Assembly (NCBI GenBank): GCA_963770565.1
Contig: CAVYQE010000002.1
Span: 544,001 to 608,000, forward strand
Direction: 5' to 3'
DNA: 64,000 bases
Source of the DNA: an uncultured Actinomycetota bacterium
Lineage (GTDB): Bacteria; Actinomycetota; Actinomycetes; JAFAQI01
Of this stretch, positions 19,689-28,405 are shown one piece after another. The stretch's first letter is position 1, and every line of letters begins with the position of its first letter. The notes under the pieces are model-generated. The model searched no databases. It was not told the DNA's origin and worked only from the letters and a program-made list of their open reading frames with translations. A program made the position numbers and the translations under genes.

Positions 19689-20236
19689 CTCGACTCGCTG
19701 GGCAGCAGGTCGGCGACGTCGGCGTCGCCCTCGCGATAACGCCGCGTCATCTCCGCCGTGCACTCATCCATCACGTGCTGGACCGCGTGCCGACTGGACG
19801 AGACGGTCGCCTCCTCGCGCTCGAACACCTCGATGGCGCGCACCAGGGACTCGTCGCTGAGGCCGGCCGGGTCCGAGGTCGTCAGGTCGGCCACGAGGGC
19901 CTCGACGTACCGGCGGTGCTGGTCGGCCCTCGACGGCTCGGCGGCGGAGTGCCGGCCCATGCCGTGGGCGTCGTGCGGGCCGTCATCGGCGAGGATCCCG
20001 GGCAGCAGGTCGATCAGCGACGCGGCGCCCTCGCCACCGGCCCGGCGGTTCTGCTCGGCCCGCAGGATGTCGAGTCGACCCTGCAACATCCGGCGGAGGT
20101 AGGACAGATCGGTCTCCTCCTGCTCGGCGTCGGCCCGCAGCGAACGCAGCTCGTCGAGCGGGATTTCGGCCAGCCGGTCGACGAAGCCCGGCGCGAGAAC
20201 CCGGTCGATGCGACGATTTCCACCCGGATGTGTCAT
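19685..20236 (-). CDS. rsiG: c-di-GMP-binding anti-sigma factor RsiG (AmfC family)
   Basis: Two E(X)3S(X)2R(X)3Q(X)3D motifs, ETDLSYLRRMLQGRLD and EATVSSSRHAVQHVMD; C-terminal RRYREGDADVADLL; next to asparaginase as in Streptomyces. Confidence 0.9.
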   Translation of the reverse strand: MTHPGGNRRIDRVLAPGFVDRLAEIPLDELRSLRADAEQEETDLSYLRRMLQGRLDILRAEQNRRAGGEGAASLIDLLPGILADDGPHDAHGMGRHSAAEPSRADQHRRYVEALVADLTTSDPAGLSDESLVRAIEVFEREEATVSSSRHAVQHVMDECTAEMTRRYREGDADVADLLPSESS

Positions 20237-20356
20237 GCCTGCGCCTTCGTCTGACTCTGATGGGGCCTTTGGTCCCGAATTTCCCGCCTGACATCCGCCA
20301 TGTCGCCATCGTGCCACGACCGAGCGCCGATGCGTCGGTCCGGTTGCGCCAATTGG

Positions 20357-20383
20357 CTCAACACCTAAGCCTCAACTGCCGAA
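20357..20383 (+). promoter_or_regulatory. Putative sigma-28 (WhiG/FliA) promoter of the DUF4388 gene
   Basis: CTCA-N17-GCCGAA, matching the FliA-family consensus reported for Actinoplanes; AGAGGAGG SD downstream. Confidence 0.65.
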
Positions 20384-20434
20384 GGAGATGAAGTAGCCAG
20401 CAGCGTCACCACACGCCCGTAGAGGAGGTCGTCC

Positions 20435-23359
20435 ATGCTCAAAGGCGACCTGACGTCTACGCCGCTCGCCCCACTCCTGCGCGACCTGGCCGGAGACGCG
20501 GTCACCGGCTGCCTCCACGTGACCAATCCGGACGACGAAGAGGCGCTGATCTACTTCAAGGCCGGGCTGATCTACTCGGTCTCCGTGCCCGGTACCCGGC
20601 CGCAGCTCGGGGCCAAACTGGTCTCCTCCGGCGCGCTCGGGCCTGAGGCCCTCTCCGAGGCCCTCGAAGCACAGCGCACCGAGTTGCAGGGCTGGCGGCT
20701 TGGCGAGCTGCTCGTCCACCTCGGGTATGTCGACCAGCCGGTCGTCGAGGCCTTCGTCATGGAACAGGTCACCGAGGCGCTGTGGGACCTGCTGCGCTGG
20801 ACCGAAGGACGCTGGAAGTTCCGCAAGAACATCCGCGCCCGCGAGGACGTCGGGCCGCCGATGGTCGTCGTCGAGCTGCTCGAAGCGCTCCGCGACCGCG
20901 GCTACGAATGGGAGAACATCTCCGCCGTCGTCCACGGTCCGGCCGCCGTACCGAAGTTGTCCACGCGCGGCGGCGGGTCCGCCGAGACCACGCTCGACAA
21001 CGACGCATGGTCGATGCTCTGCAAGATCGACGGCGAGCGCTCGGTCGCCGACCTCGCCCGCGACTGCGGCTACACGTTGTTCGAGGCCGGTCAGGTCATC
21101 GTTCAGCTGGTGCAGGCGGGTCTGGTCGACATCGACGAGGATCTCGACCTGGCCGGCAGCGAGCTCTACGGCGCCACGACGTTGAGCTCCGCGCTGGCCG
21201 GTGACCTCGACGAAGCCGAGGTGGCCGCCGCCGACGAGGAGACCCGCGACGACGGCGAAGACGTGCTGAGCCGGCTCGCCCGGCTGGTCAACGAGGTCGC
21301 GGCCGAGCACCCGCACGACGGCTCCCCGAACGGTACGGCGGACTCCGGCGACGAGGAGTCGAGGAACGGCAACGGAGCGCCGCGGGTTGGCCTCGCGCCA
21401 CCGTTGACCTCTGGCGTGACGAGCTTCGACAACCCGATGATCGTGCCGCTGCACCGCAACTCGACCGAGTCGTTCGCGGCGTCGATCGCCCGGGTCTCGA
21501 ACGCGCTTTCCGATGTATTGGGCGAGACCCCGGACGTCGACGAGGTCGACTCCGCCGCTGCGGCCGCAGCCAGCAAGCCGGTGTCGCTCAAGCGGTCGAA
21601 GAGCTCGACGAGCGACCCGGAGTGGCAGCGCCGCAAGCGGCTGCGCTCGGCCGCGGCAGCGGAACTCGCCAGCGCCCAGGCGATGGTGGAGACCCTGCGG
21701 GCCGAACAAGACATGATCGGGATCGACGAGTCGGCCTCGGAGGCACTCGGGATCGACTTCGAGGAAGACCAGGACGGCCGGCTGCCCGCGGCCGAACTGA
21801 TCGCTGAGCAGTTCGCCGCTGACCAGGCCGAGGCCGAGCAGCAGGCAGCTGAGCAGGCCGAAGCCGAGCGGCTGGCCGCGGAGCAAGCCGAAGCAGAGAT
21901 CATCGCGGCCGAGCAGGCGGAGCACCTGGCGGCGGTCGAGGCCGAGGCCGAGGCGATTGCCGCCGCGCAGGCCGAAGCCGAGCGGGTCGCTGCCGAACAG
22001 GCGGAAGTCGAGCGCCTAGCCGCCGAGGAAGCCGAAGCCGAGCGGATCGCGGCCGAGGAAGCGGAGGCCGAGCGCCTTGCGGCCGAGGAAGCGGAACGGC
22101 TGGCGATCGAGGAAGCCGAACGGCTTGCCCTCGAAGAGCTGGCCTGGGCCGAGTACTGGGAGCGCGAAGAGGCCGAGCGGGCCCTGGCCGAGCAGGTCGA
22201 GGCCGAGCGCCTCGCCGCCGAGCAGGCCGAAGCCGAGCGCCTTGCCGCCGAGGAAGCGGAACGGCTGGCGGCCGAGGAAGCCGAACGGCTCGCCCTCGAA
22301 GAGCTGGCCTGGGCCGAGTACTGGGAGCGCGAAGAGGCCGAGCGGGCCCTGGCCGAGCAGGTCGAGGCCGAGCGCCTCGCCGCCGAGCAGGCCGAAGCCG
22401 AGCGCCTAGCCGCGGAGGAAGCGGAACGGCTGGCCGCCGAAGAGGCCGAGGCCGAGCGGGTCGCCGCCGAGCAGGCCGAAGCCGAACGCCTAGCCGCCGA
22501 GGAGGCCGAGCGGGTCGCCGCCGAGCAGGCCGAAGCCGAACGCCTGGCCGCCGAGGAGGCCGAGCGGGTCGCCGCCGAGCAGGCTGAGGCCGAGCGGCTC
22601 GCCGAGCAGGCCCGGGCCGAGCGGCTCGCGGCGGAGGAGGAGGCCGCTGCGGTCGAAGCCGAGCGCCTGGCCGCCGAGCAGGCTGAACTCGAGCGCGCGG
22701 AGGCCGAGGCGGCCGAGTGGCTGGCGGCCGAGCTGGCCGCCCAAGAGGCCGCAGATGCCGCGATCGCCGAGCTCACCAGGCTCGAGGCCGAACAATCCGA
22801 GGCCGACAACGGCGAGCACTACGCCAGCGATGACGCCGCACCGGCGACTGAGACGCGGGCCGAGCGTTCGGCTCGCCGGAAGGCCGAGAAGCAGGCCGCC
22901 GAGGAGGCGGCCCGAGCCGCCGACGAAGCCGCCGCCGCGACTGCACTTCTGATCGAGCTCGCCGCTACCGACCACACTGAGGTAGCGGTCGAGGAGCCGG
23001 CTGATGAGGCGACCGCTGAGATCGAGGAAGCCCCGGTCGACGAGGCCGCCCCCGACATCGACAGCGATGTCGACGGTGAGGACGAAGAGGTCTGGAACGA
23101 AGCCGCGCAGGCCGACACGGCCGCGCTGCTGCGCGAACTGTCCTCGCTCGGCATCGACGACGAGCCGGCTGCCGCGCCGCCCGCCGCTGCCGCCCAGCGG
23201 CCGCGCCAGGCGCCCACGACCGAGAAGAAGGCCAAGAAGAAGATCGGGCTTGTTCGGTCTCTAGCCGACCCACCCACCCGGCACCCACGCCGTCACTGCG
23301 AGCTGCGTACCCGCAAGGCCGGCCCATGCGCGGACTGCAGCCTCCTAGGAGACTCCTGA
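20435..23359 (+). CDS. DUF4388 domain protein with a long Glu/Ala/Arg helical repeat; true stop probably at 23264 (1-nt insertion near 23243-23248)
   Basis: MLKGDLTSTPLAPLL..TGCL..IYFKAG..RLGELLV..WTEGRWKF; (AEQAEAERL)n repeats; the +1 frame gives ...GLFGL* at 23264, while the current frame runs on into the IS end. Confidence 0.85.
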   Translation: MLKGDLTSTPLAPLLRDLAGDAVTGCLHVTNPDDEEALIYFKAGLIYSVSVPGTRPQLGAKLVSSGALGPEALSEALEAQRTELQGWRLGELLVHLGYVDQPVVEAFVMEQVTEALWDLLRWTEGRWKFRKNIRAREDVGPPMVVVELLEALRDRGYEWENISAVVHGPAAVPKLSTRGGGSAETTLDNDAWSMLCKIDGERSVADLARDCGYTLFEAGQVIVQLVQAGLVDIDEDLDLAGSELYGATTLSSALAGDLDEAEVAAADEETRDDGEDVLSRLARLVNEVAAEHPHDGSPNGTADSGDEESRNGNGAPRVGLAPPLTSGVTSFDNPMIVPLHRNSTESFAASIARVSNALSDVLGETPDVDEVDSAAAAAASKPVSLKRSKSSTSDPEWQRRKRLRSAAAAELASAQAMVETLRAEQDMIGIDESASEALGIDFEEDQDGRLPAAELIAEQFAADQAEAEQQAAEQAEAERLAAEQAEAEIIAAEQAEHLAAVEAEAEAIAAAQAEAERVAAEQAEVERLAAEEAEAERIAAEEAEAERLAAEEAERLAIEEAERLALEELAWAEYWEREEAERALAEQVEAERLAAEQAEAERLAAEEAERLAAEEAERLALEELAWAEYWEREEAERALAEQVEAERLAAEQAEAERLAAEEAERLAAEEAEAERVAAEQAEAERLAAEEAERVAAEQAEAERLAAEEAERVAAEQAEAERLAEQARAERLAAEEEAAAVEAERLAAEQAELERAEAEAAEWLAAELAAQEAADAAIAELTRLEAEQSEADNGEHYASDDAAPATETRAERSARRKAEKQAAEEAARAADEAAAATALLIELAATDHTEVAVEEPADEATAEIEEAPVDEAAPDIDSDVDGEDEEVWNEAAQADTAALLRELSSLGIDDEPAAAPPAAAAQRPRQAPTTEKKAKKKIGLVRSLADPPTRHPRRHCELRTRKAGPCADCSLLGDS
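22066..22430 (+). repeat. 165-bp (55-aa) internal tandem duplication within the DUF4388 gene
   Basis: CTCGAAGAGCTGGCCTGGGCCGAGTACTGG at 22130 and 22295. Confidence 0.85.
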
Positions 23360-25145
23360 ATAAAGCGCGTGCCGGTTCGCCGGTCGCGGGGCGGGGTTCG
23401 GGAGAATCTGTGAGTGCTGGGACGTAGCGAGGATCAGCGGGATCTGTTGGATGTTGAGTCGGTGGCGGGGCATCTGCTGAAACCGGGCAGTGTGTTCGCG
23501 TTTCTGGCTGAGCATCGCCGGGAGTTGTTCCCGGAGGAGTTGTTCACTGACTTGTTTCCGTCCTCGCGGGGCCGGCCGTCGGTCCCAGCTGAGGTGATGG
23601 CGACGGTGATCATGTTGCAGGCGCTCAACGGCCTGTCGGATTCCGAGACCGTCGATGCGGTGACGTTCGATCTGCGCTGGAAGGCAGCGGTCGGGTGGCC
23701 GATCGATGAGGCGGCGTTTCACTCGACGACATTGACGTATTGGCGTCGCCGGCTGGCCGCGTCGGATCGACCGAACCGGATCTTCGACGCGGTCAAAGAC
23801 GTTGTCGCGCGGACCGGGGTGCTCAAGGGAAAGACCCGCAGGGCGTTGGACTCCACCGTGCTCGATGACGCGGTCGCCACCCAGGACACGGTGACACAGC
23901 TGATCGCCGCTATCCGCCGGGTCCGCCGGGTCGTGCCTGACGCCGTCGAGGTGGTCACCGAGTGGTGCACCGCGCATGACTACGACGATCCCGGTAAGCC
24001 CTCGATCGCGTGGGATGACACCGAGGCCCGCGCCCGCCTCGTCGACGCCCTGGTCGGTGACGCGCTGCGACTGCTCGGGCATCTACCGGAGACCGAGCAC
24101 GGTCCCGAGGCGGCGGAGGCGTTGGCGTTGCTGGCGTTGATCGCCGGGCAGGACGTCGAACCCGTCACCGGCGGTGACGGCACCGACGGTCGCTGGCGGA
24201 TCCGTCAAGGAGTCGCGAAAGACCGGGTGATCAGCGTCGTGGACCCTGACGCCCGCCACGCCCACAAGACCGTGTCGCGGCGTCAGGACGGTTTCAAGGC
24301 GCACCTCGCGGTCGAGCCTGACACCGGCCTGGTCACCGGGTGTGAGCTGACGAAAGCCGCCGGTGCGGAGACCTCGGACGCCACGGTAGGGGTTGACCTG
24401 CTCACCCGCGACGACACGCTCGATGCCGCCGGTGGGGACGTCGAGGTGCTGGGCGACAGCGCCTATGGCACCGGGGACGCACTCGCCGCGATCCTCGGCG
24501 CCGGGCACGTCCCGCTGGTCAAGCCGTGGCCCACAAAACCCGCCGTTCCCGGCGGTCTGGACATCGATGAGTTCACCGTCGACGAGGCAACCGGGACAGC
24601 GACCTGCCCGGCCGGGATCACCCGCCGAATCCCCCCAACCCGGCACGTGATGTTCGGCGCCGCCTGCCGTGACTGCCCGTTGCGGGCGCGGTGCACCACC
24701 GCCCGAAAGGGCCGGATGCTGACCCTGCACGACCACGACGCGCTGCAACGCGAACACCGCCAGCGGGCGAAAGACCCGCAGTGGCAAGCCGACTACCGCC
24801 AACACCGGCCGATGGTCGAACGCTCCATCGCCTGGCTCGTCCGAGGACCGAACCGCAAACTGCGCTACCGCGGCGTCACGAAGAACAACCAGTGGCTCCA
24901 CACCCGCGCGGCCGGGCTGAATCTCCGCCGGCTTATCAGCCTCGGATTGGACCACAGCAACGGAAACTGGGTCATCGCCTAACAGCGAAACCACACCCTT
25001 GCGAGCCCGCACCACCGAGCGCCAGAATGACACCGACGCGCCGGGCAAGCTCGTCGTCCAACCACGGTTGCGACTCGCGGCACCGACCGCTCATTGAGAC
25101 ACCCGGCGCGTCACCTTCCCGCAGAGGTCCTTATTCAGGAGTCTC
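23349..25145 (+). mobile_element. IS1182-family insertion sequence (1797 bp)
   Basis: Perfect 15-bp TIRs GAGACTCCTGAATAA (23349-23363) and TTATTCAGGAGTCTC (25131-25145); CTAG target duplication at 23345-23348 and 25146-25149. Confidence 0.95.
23414..24982 (+). CDS. IS1182-family DDE transposase
   Basis: GRPSVP...SD.E.V....FDLRWK (DUF772-like), LDST, DPDAR, GFKAH, GDSAYG, CPAG, C..CPLR..C, R..VERSI. Confidence 0.93.
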   Translation: MLGRSEDQRDLLDVESVAGHLLKPGSVFAFLAEHRRELFPEELFTDLFPSSRGRPSVPAEVMATVIMLQALNGLSDSETVDAVTFDLRWKAAVGWPIDEAAFHSTTLTYWRRRLAASDRPNRIFDAVKDVVARTGVLKGKTRRALDSTVLDDAVATQDTVTQLIAAIRRVRRVVPDAVEVVTEWCTAHDYDDPGKPSIAWDDTEARARLVDALVGDALRLLGHLPETEHGPEAAEALALLALIAGQDVEPVTGGDGTDGRWRIRQGVAKDRVISVVDPDARHAHKTVSRRQDGFKAHLAVEPDTGLVTGCELTKAAGAETSDATVGVDLLTRDDTLDAAGGDVEVLGDSAYGTGDALAAILGAGHVPLVKPWPTKPAVPGGLDIDEFTVDEATGTATCPAGITRRIPPTRHVMFGAACRDCPLRARCTTARKGRMLTLHDHDALQREHRQRAKDPQWQADYRQHRPMVERSIAWLVRGPNRKLRYRGVTKNNQWLHTRAAGLNLRRLISLGLDHSNGNWVIA

Positions 25146-26057
25146 CTAGGCGTCGACGACCCGTTCCGCCTTCATCGCCATCCCCTGCACGGTCAACATC
25201 GCGTCGTCCGGGGTTTGTCGCTTGATGACGGCAAGTGCGACCGGGCCCAGCTCCGCGTGCTGGACCGCCGTACCCAGGAATCCGACCGACCGGCCGTCCA
25301 GCTCGACCGGGGTGTGCGGCGGCGGCAGCTCGTCGGCGGTCCCGTCGAGGTGACCGAAGACAAGTCGGCGCGGTGGGCGCCCGAGGTTGTGGACCCGGGC
25401 CACCGTCTCCTGACCGCGATAGCAGCCCTTGTCGAGGTGCACCGCAGTACCGATCCAGCCGATCTCGTGCGGGATCGTGCGGTGGTCGGTCTCGAAGCCG
25501 AGGCGAGGCACCTTCGCCTCGACCCGCAGCGCCTCGTAGGCGCCCAACCCGACCAACGGCAGGTCGTGCGCACCGATCCGGTCGGCGAGCTCCGCACGGG
25601 GCACCGTGACATCGGTCCACGCGCCGTCCCGATAGGTCGAGAGGACCGAGTACGACGAGGTCTCGTCCGCCACCTCGACCCGGAGCATGAACCGCATCGA
25701 GTCGAGATAAGCGGTCAGCGCCTCGACAGTGCCCGGCTCGACGGCGATCCAGGTCGCCTCGCCGTCGTCGGTGAGGGTGAGGTGGTGTTCGACGTGACCG
25801 TGCGGCGACAGCACCAGGGCCTCGCGCACCTCACCGACCGGCAAGGGCTCGAGATGCTGCGTGGTCAGCGAGTGCAGCCACGACATGCGGTCAGCGCCAC
25901 TCACCCGGATGATCCCGCGATGCGAGCGATCCACGATCCCGCCGGCCCGGATCAACTGACGTTGCTCCCCGAGCGGATCGCCGTAGTGCGCGGCGACGCC
26001 GGCATCGACCCCGACAGCCGCGACCGCGCCATGGCGTTCGAGCAGCGGGCTGGTCAC
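25146..26057 (-). CDS. ygfZ: Folate-binding protein YgfZ/GcvT-like
   Basis: KGCYRGQETVAR signature; leaderless GTG 6 nt after TACCAT. Confidence 0.93.
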   Translation of the reverse strand: MTSPLLERHGAVAAVGVDAGVAAHYGDPLGEQRQLIRAGGIVDRSHRGIIRVSGADRMSWLHSLTTQHLEPLPVGEVREALVLSPHGHVEHHLTLTDDGEATWIAVEPGTVEALTAYLDSMRFMLRVEVADETSSYSVLSTYRDGAWTDVTVPRAELADRIGAHDLPLVGLGAYEALRVEAKVPRLGFETDHRTIPHEIGWIGTAVHLDKGCYRGQETVARVHNLGRPPRRLVFGHLDGTADELPPPHTPVELDGRSVGFLGTAVQHAELGPVALAVIKRQTPDDAMLTVQGMAMKAERVVDA

Positions 26058-26108
26058 CCCACCATGGTATGGATCGAGCGCCAACCCACTGCCCGAGCAA
26101 GCGCGCGC

Positions 26109-26859
26109 TCAGCCCACTGGCGCACCCGGAGCACATACAACGAACGCGTCACACGTTGCCGGAAACTGCGATCGCTTGCCAACCAGTCGGTGGCGAGGAA
26201 GACGTATTCCGCCAATGGGGAAAGACGCAGAGACTTGGCCATTAGTTGAAGCCCCCGCCCGTCGCCACATCACCGATCGGGACAATTAGCGGTGGAGGTT
26301 GCGCCGCTGCTTCCGTCGATCGATACGAGAAGGTCGCCGGACGCATCCGTCGACGCCCTGGAGCACCTTGAGCTCCTTGGGACCCTTGCGGTCCCTGGCC
26401 ACCCTGCGCGCCCGCGCTCCCTTGGGCGCCTTGCGCTCCCTGGGCGCCTGCGCTGCCTTGTGAGCCTTGCGCACCTTGCGCTCCCTGGGCGCCTGCGCTG
26501 CCTTGCGCACCCTGACCTCCTTGCGCGCCCTGGGCGCCGTGCGCGCCTTTGGTACCTCGGGTGCCCTTGAGTCCCTGGGCACCCTTGGCTCCTCGAGCAC
26601 CCTTGGCTCCTCGCGTTCCCTTGACGCTCCAGACCAGGTTCTTGAACCCTGGAGGGCAGCCCTTGGCCCGATGCGACCTGCTGTAGACGTGCAGGTCGCC
26701 GACCTTCGGGCTGAAGCAGGCGTAGATCTTTCCGTTCGCGGCCGGAATCGAGGCATTCGCCGTACCGATCAAGGCCGCGGCGAATCCCGATGCGGCAACT
26801 GCAGCGGCGCCGGCGGCGCACAGTTTCGTCCGCCGATTGTTCGATGACAAGGTTGACAT
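26109..26859 (-). pseudogene. Secreted collagen-like protein 1, C-terminal domain broken by several frameshifts
   Basis: Signal peptide + [17 protein letters not shown] + ~29 Gly-X-Y triplets. C-terminal pieces (TSTANCP / GDVATGGGFN / GQVSASFPIG / SSSPPTGWQAI / AFVVCAPG*) match the intact paralogue but lie in different frames. Confidence 0.8.
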
Positions 26860-27014
26860 GGCTATCCCGCGCTCTCAATGAGGGGAATTGATGAGAGGAC
26901 CCGCGGGAGCCGGGCGCGTCGCGCCGCCAATGTAAGCACATCCGGCCGAAGGCACTGAATCGGCACCGGATCGGGGCCGGCACCTCGAGCGGCAAAGGCC
27001 ATGCGATCAAGGAC

Positions 27015-28283
27015 TCAGATCAACAGCGGGCCGCCCTGCCGCGGACCATCCTTGATGGCAATCAGGTTCGCGTTGACATAGCTGATGTTGTACTGCTGAT
27101 GCCAATCCGAGGGGAAGATCGTGGAAATCCGGCTGACCTGGAACCGGCACTTGATCGGAGGCACGAACGCCGAATAGCTCCGGTCGGTGAAATACCAAAA
27201 ACTGTTCTCGTTATAGAACGCGACATGGGTCGGATCCTGAAACGCGCCACGACCGTCGGTGCTCGGTGTCAACGACAGCAACATCCCGCCATGCGCGAGC
27301 AGTCGGTAGAGCTCGTTGAAGATCGCGATCTTGTCCGGCACGTGCTCGAGGAAGTCGACCGCGCGGATCACGCCGACACTCGAATCGGGAAGCGGGATCC
27401 CGTTCATCACGTCGCCGACGATGTCGACGTCCGGCCCGTCGTACTGATCGACCCCGAGATAGCCCGGCGGTTTGTTGTGCGCCGCACCCAGGTCCAGACA
27501 GGCCAGGCCGGCCCGCTTGGCCCACGCCAGGGCGCTCGGCTGGATGTAGCGGTCATACAGCGCAACCGTCTCGCGCTGGATGGTCGCGTTGGTCTCGGCC
27601 CCACGCTGGGTGTTGCGATGGTGCATCCGCTGCAAATACAGGCATTCGTCGATCAGGTAGAACTCCGCCTGCTGATACATCCGGCACATCAGGTCCTGGT
27701 CGTCCAGGATCGCCCGGTCGACGTCGTAGCCACCGGCATCGTCGTACGTCGTACGTCGAAAGGCCCGGACATGGTTGGGCGCGTACCAGATGTAGCTCAC
27801 GTTGTGGGGCGACGCCTCCATCGAATCCGTCTGCATGACCGACCGGCCGTCGACCGTCGCCTCCCGGTAGGTCCAGCCATGCACCTCGTTGAACCGCGAG
27901 TCGTCGCGGCTGCCGTCGTCGAGGATCTGCGCACATTGGCTGAAGACAAGTCCGACGTCGGGTCGGGCGTCGAAGGCCTCGACGATCCGCTCGAGCGCCT
28001 GCGAAGCCAACAGGTCGTCGTGGTCGAGCTCGACGAGGAACTCCCCGCGAGCAATCAGGCAGGCGTGCCGCTTGAGCGCGCCGATGCCGCCGACATCATC
28101 GGCCACGATAACCCGCACCCGGGGGTCGTCCTGAGCCGGCCGCCAGCGGGCGCCGCCGTTGAGCAGGACCACCCACTCCCAGTCCTCGAACGTCTGCTTG
28201 AGCATCGAGTCGAGGCACTCGTCGAGATAGGTGTTGCGATGGCTCGGGGTGAACACGCTGACACGTGGCCGTTCGAGGCTCAC
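27015..28283 (-). CDS. GT2 glycosyltransferase fused to a class I SAM-methyltransferase domain
   Basis: VSVFTPSH, VELDHDD (DxD); C-terminal CLDLGAAHNKPPGYLGVD, IRAVDFLEHV, ELYRLL.HGG; GAAGGGAG SD. Confidence 0.88.
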   Translation of the reverse strand: MSLERPRVSVFTPSHRNTYLDECLDSMLKQTFEDWEWVVLLNGGARWRPAQDDPRVRVIVADDVGGIGALKRHACLIARGEFLVELDHDDLLASQALERIVEAFDARPDVGLVFSQCAQILDDGSRDDSRFNEVHGWTYREATVDGRSVMQTDSMEASPHNVSYIWYAPNHVRAFRRTTYDDAGGYDVDRAILDDQDLMCRMYQQAEFYLIDECLYLQRMHHRNTQRGAETNATIQRETVALYDRYIQPSALAWAKRAGLACLDLGAAHNKPPGYLGVDQYDGPDVDIVGDVMNGIPLPDSSVGVIRAVDFLEHVPDKIAIFNELYRLLAHGGMLLSLTPSTDGRGAFQDPTHVAFYNENSFWYFTDRSYSAFVPPIKCRFQVSRISTIFPSDWHQQYNISYVNANLIAIKDGPRQGGPLLI

Positions 28284-28405
28284 CAGGTCTCCCTTCGCGG
28301 TCGGCGCGCGCCGCGTCATCGTCGACTGTCAGCCCACATCATGCCCATACGACAGAAGCGGCGGACCGGACACCCGGACCGCCGCTTCTGAGGAGCCGGC
28401 TACGT

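Noticed and set aside
21166-22809. 547-aa antisense Ser/Ala/Arg ORF and similar long shadow ORFs (28265-29920, 48236-50113, 15608-17128)
   Set aside because: These are antisense or off-frame shadows of real high-GC genes and repeats, with no motifs.
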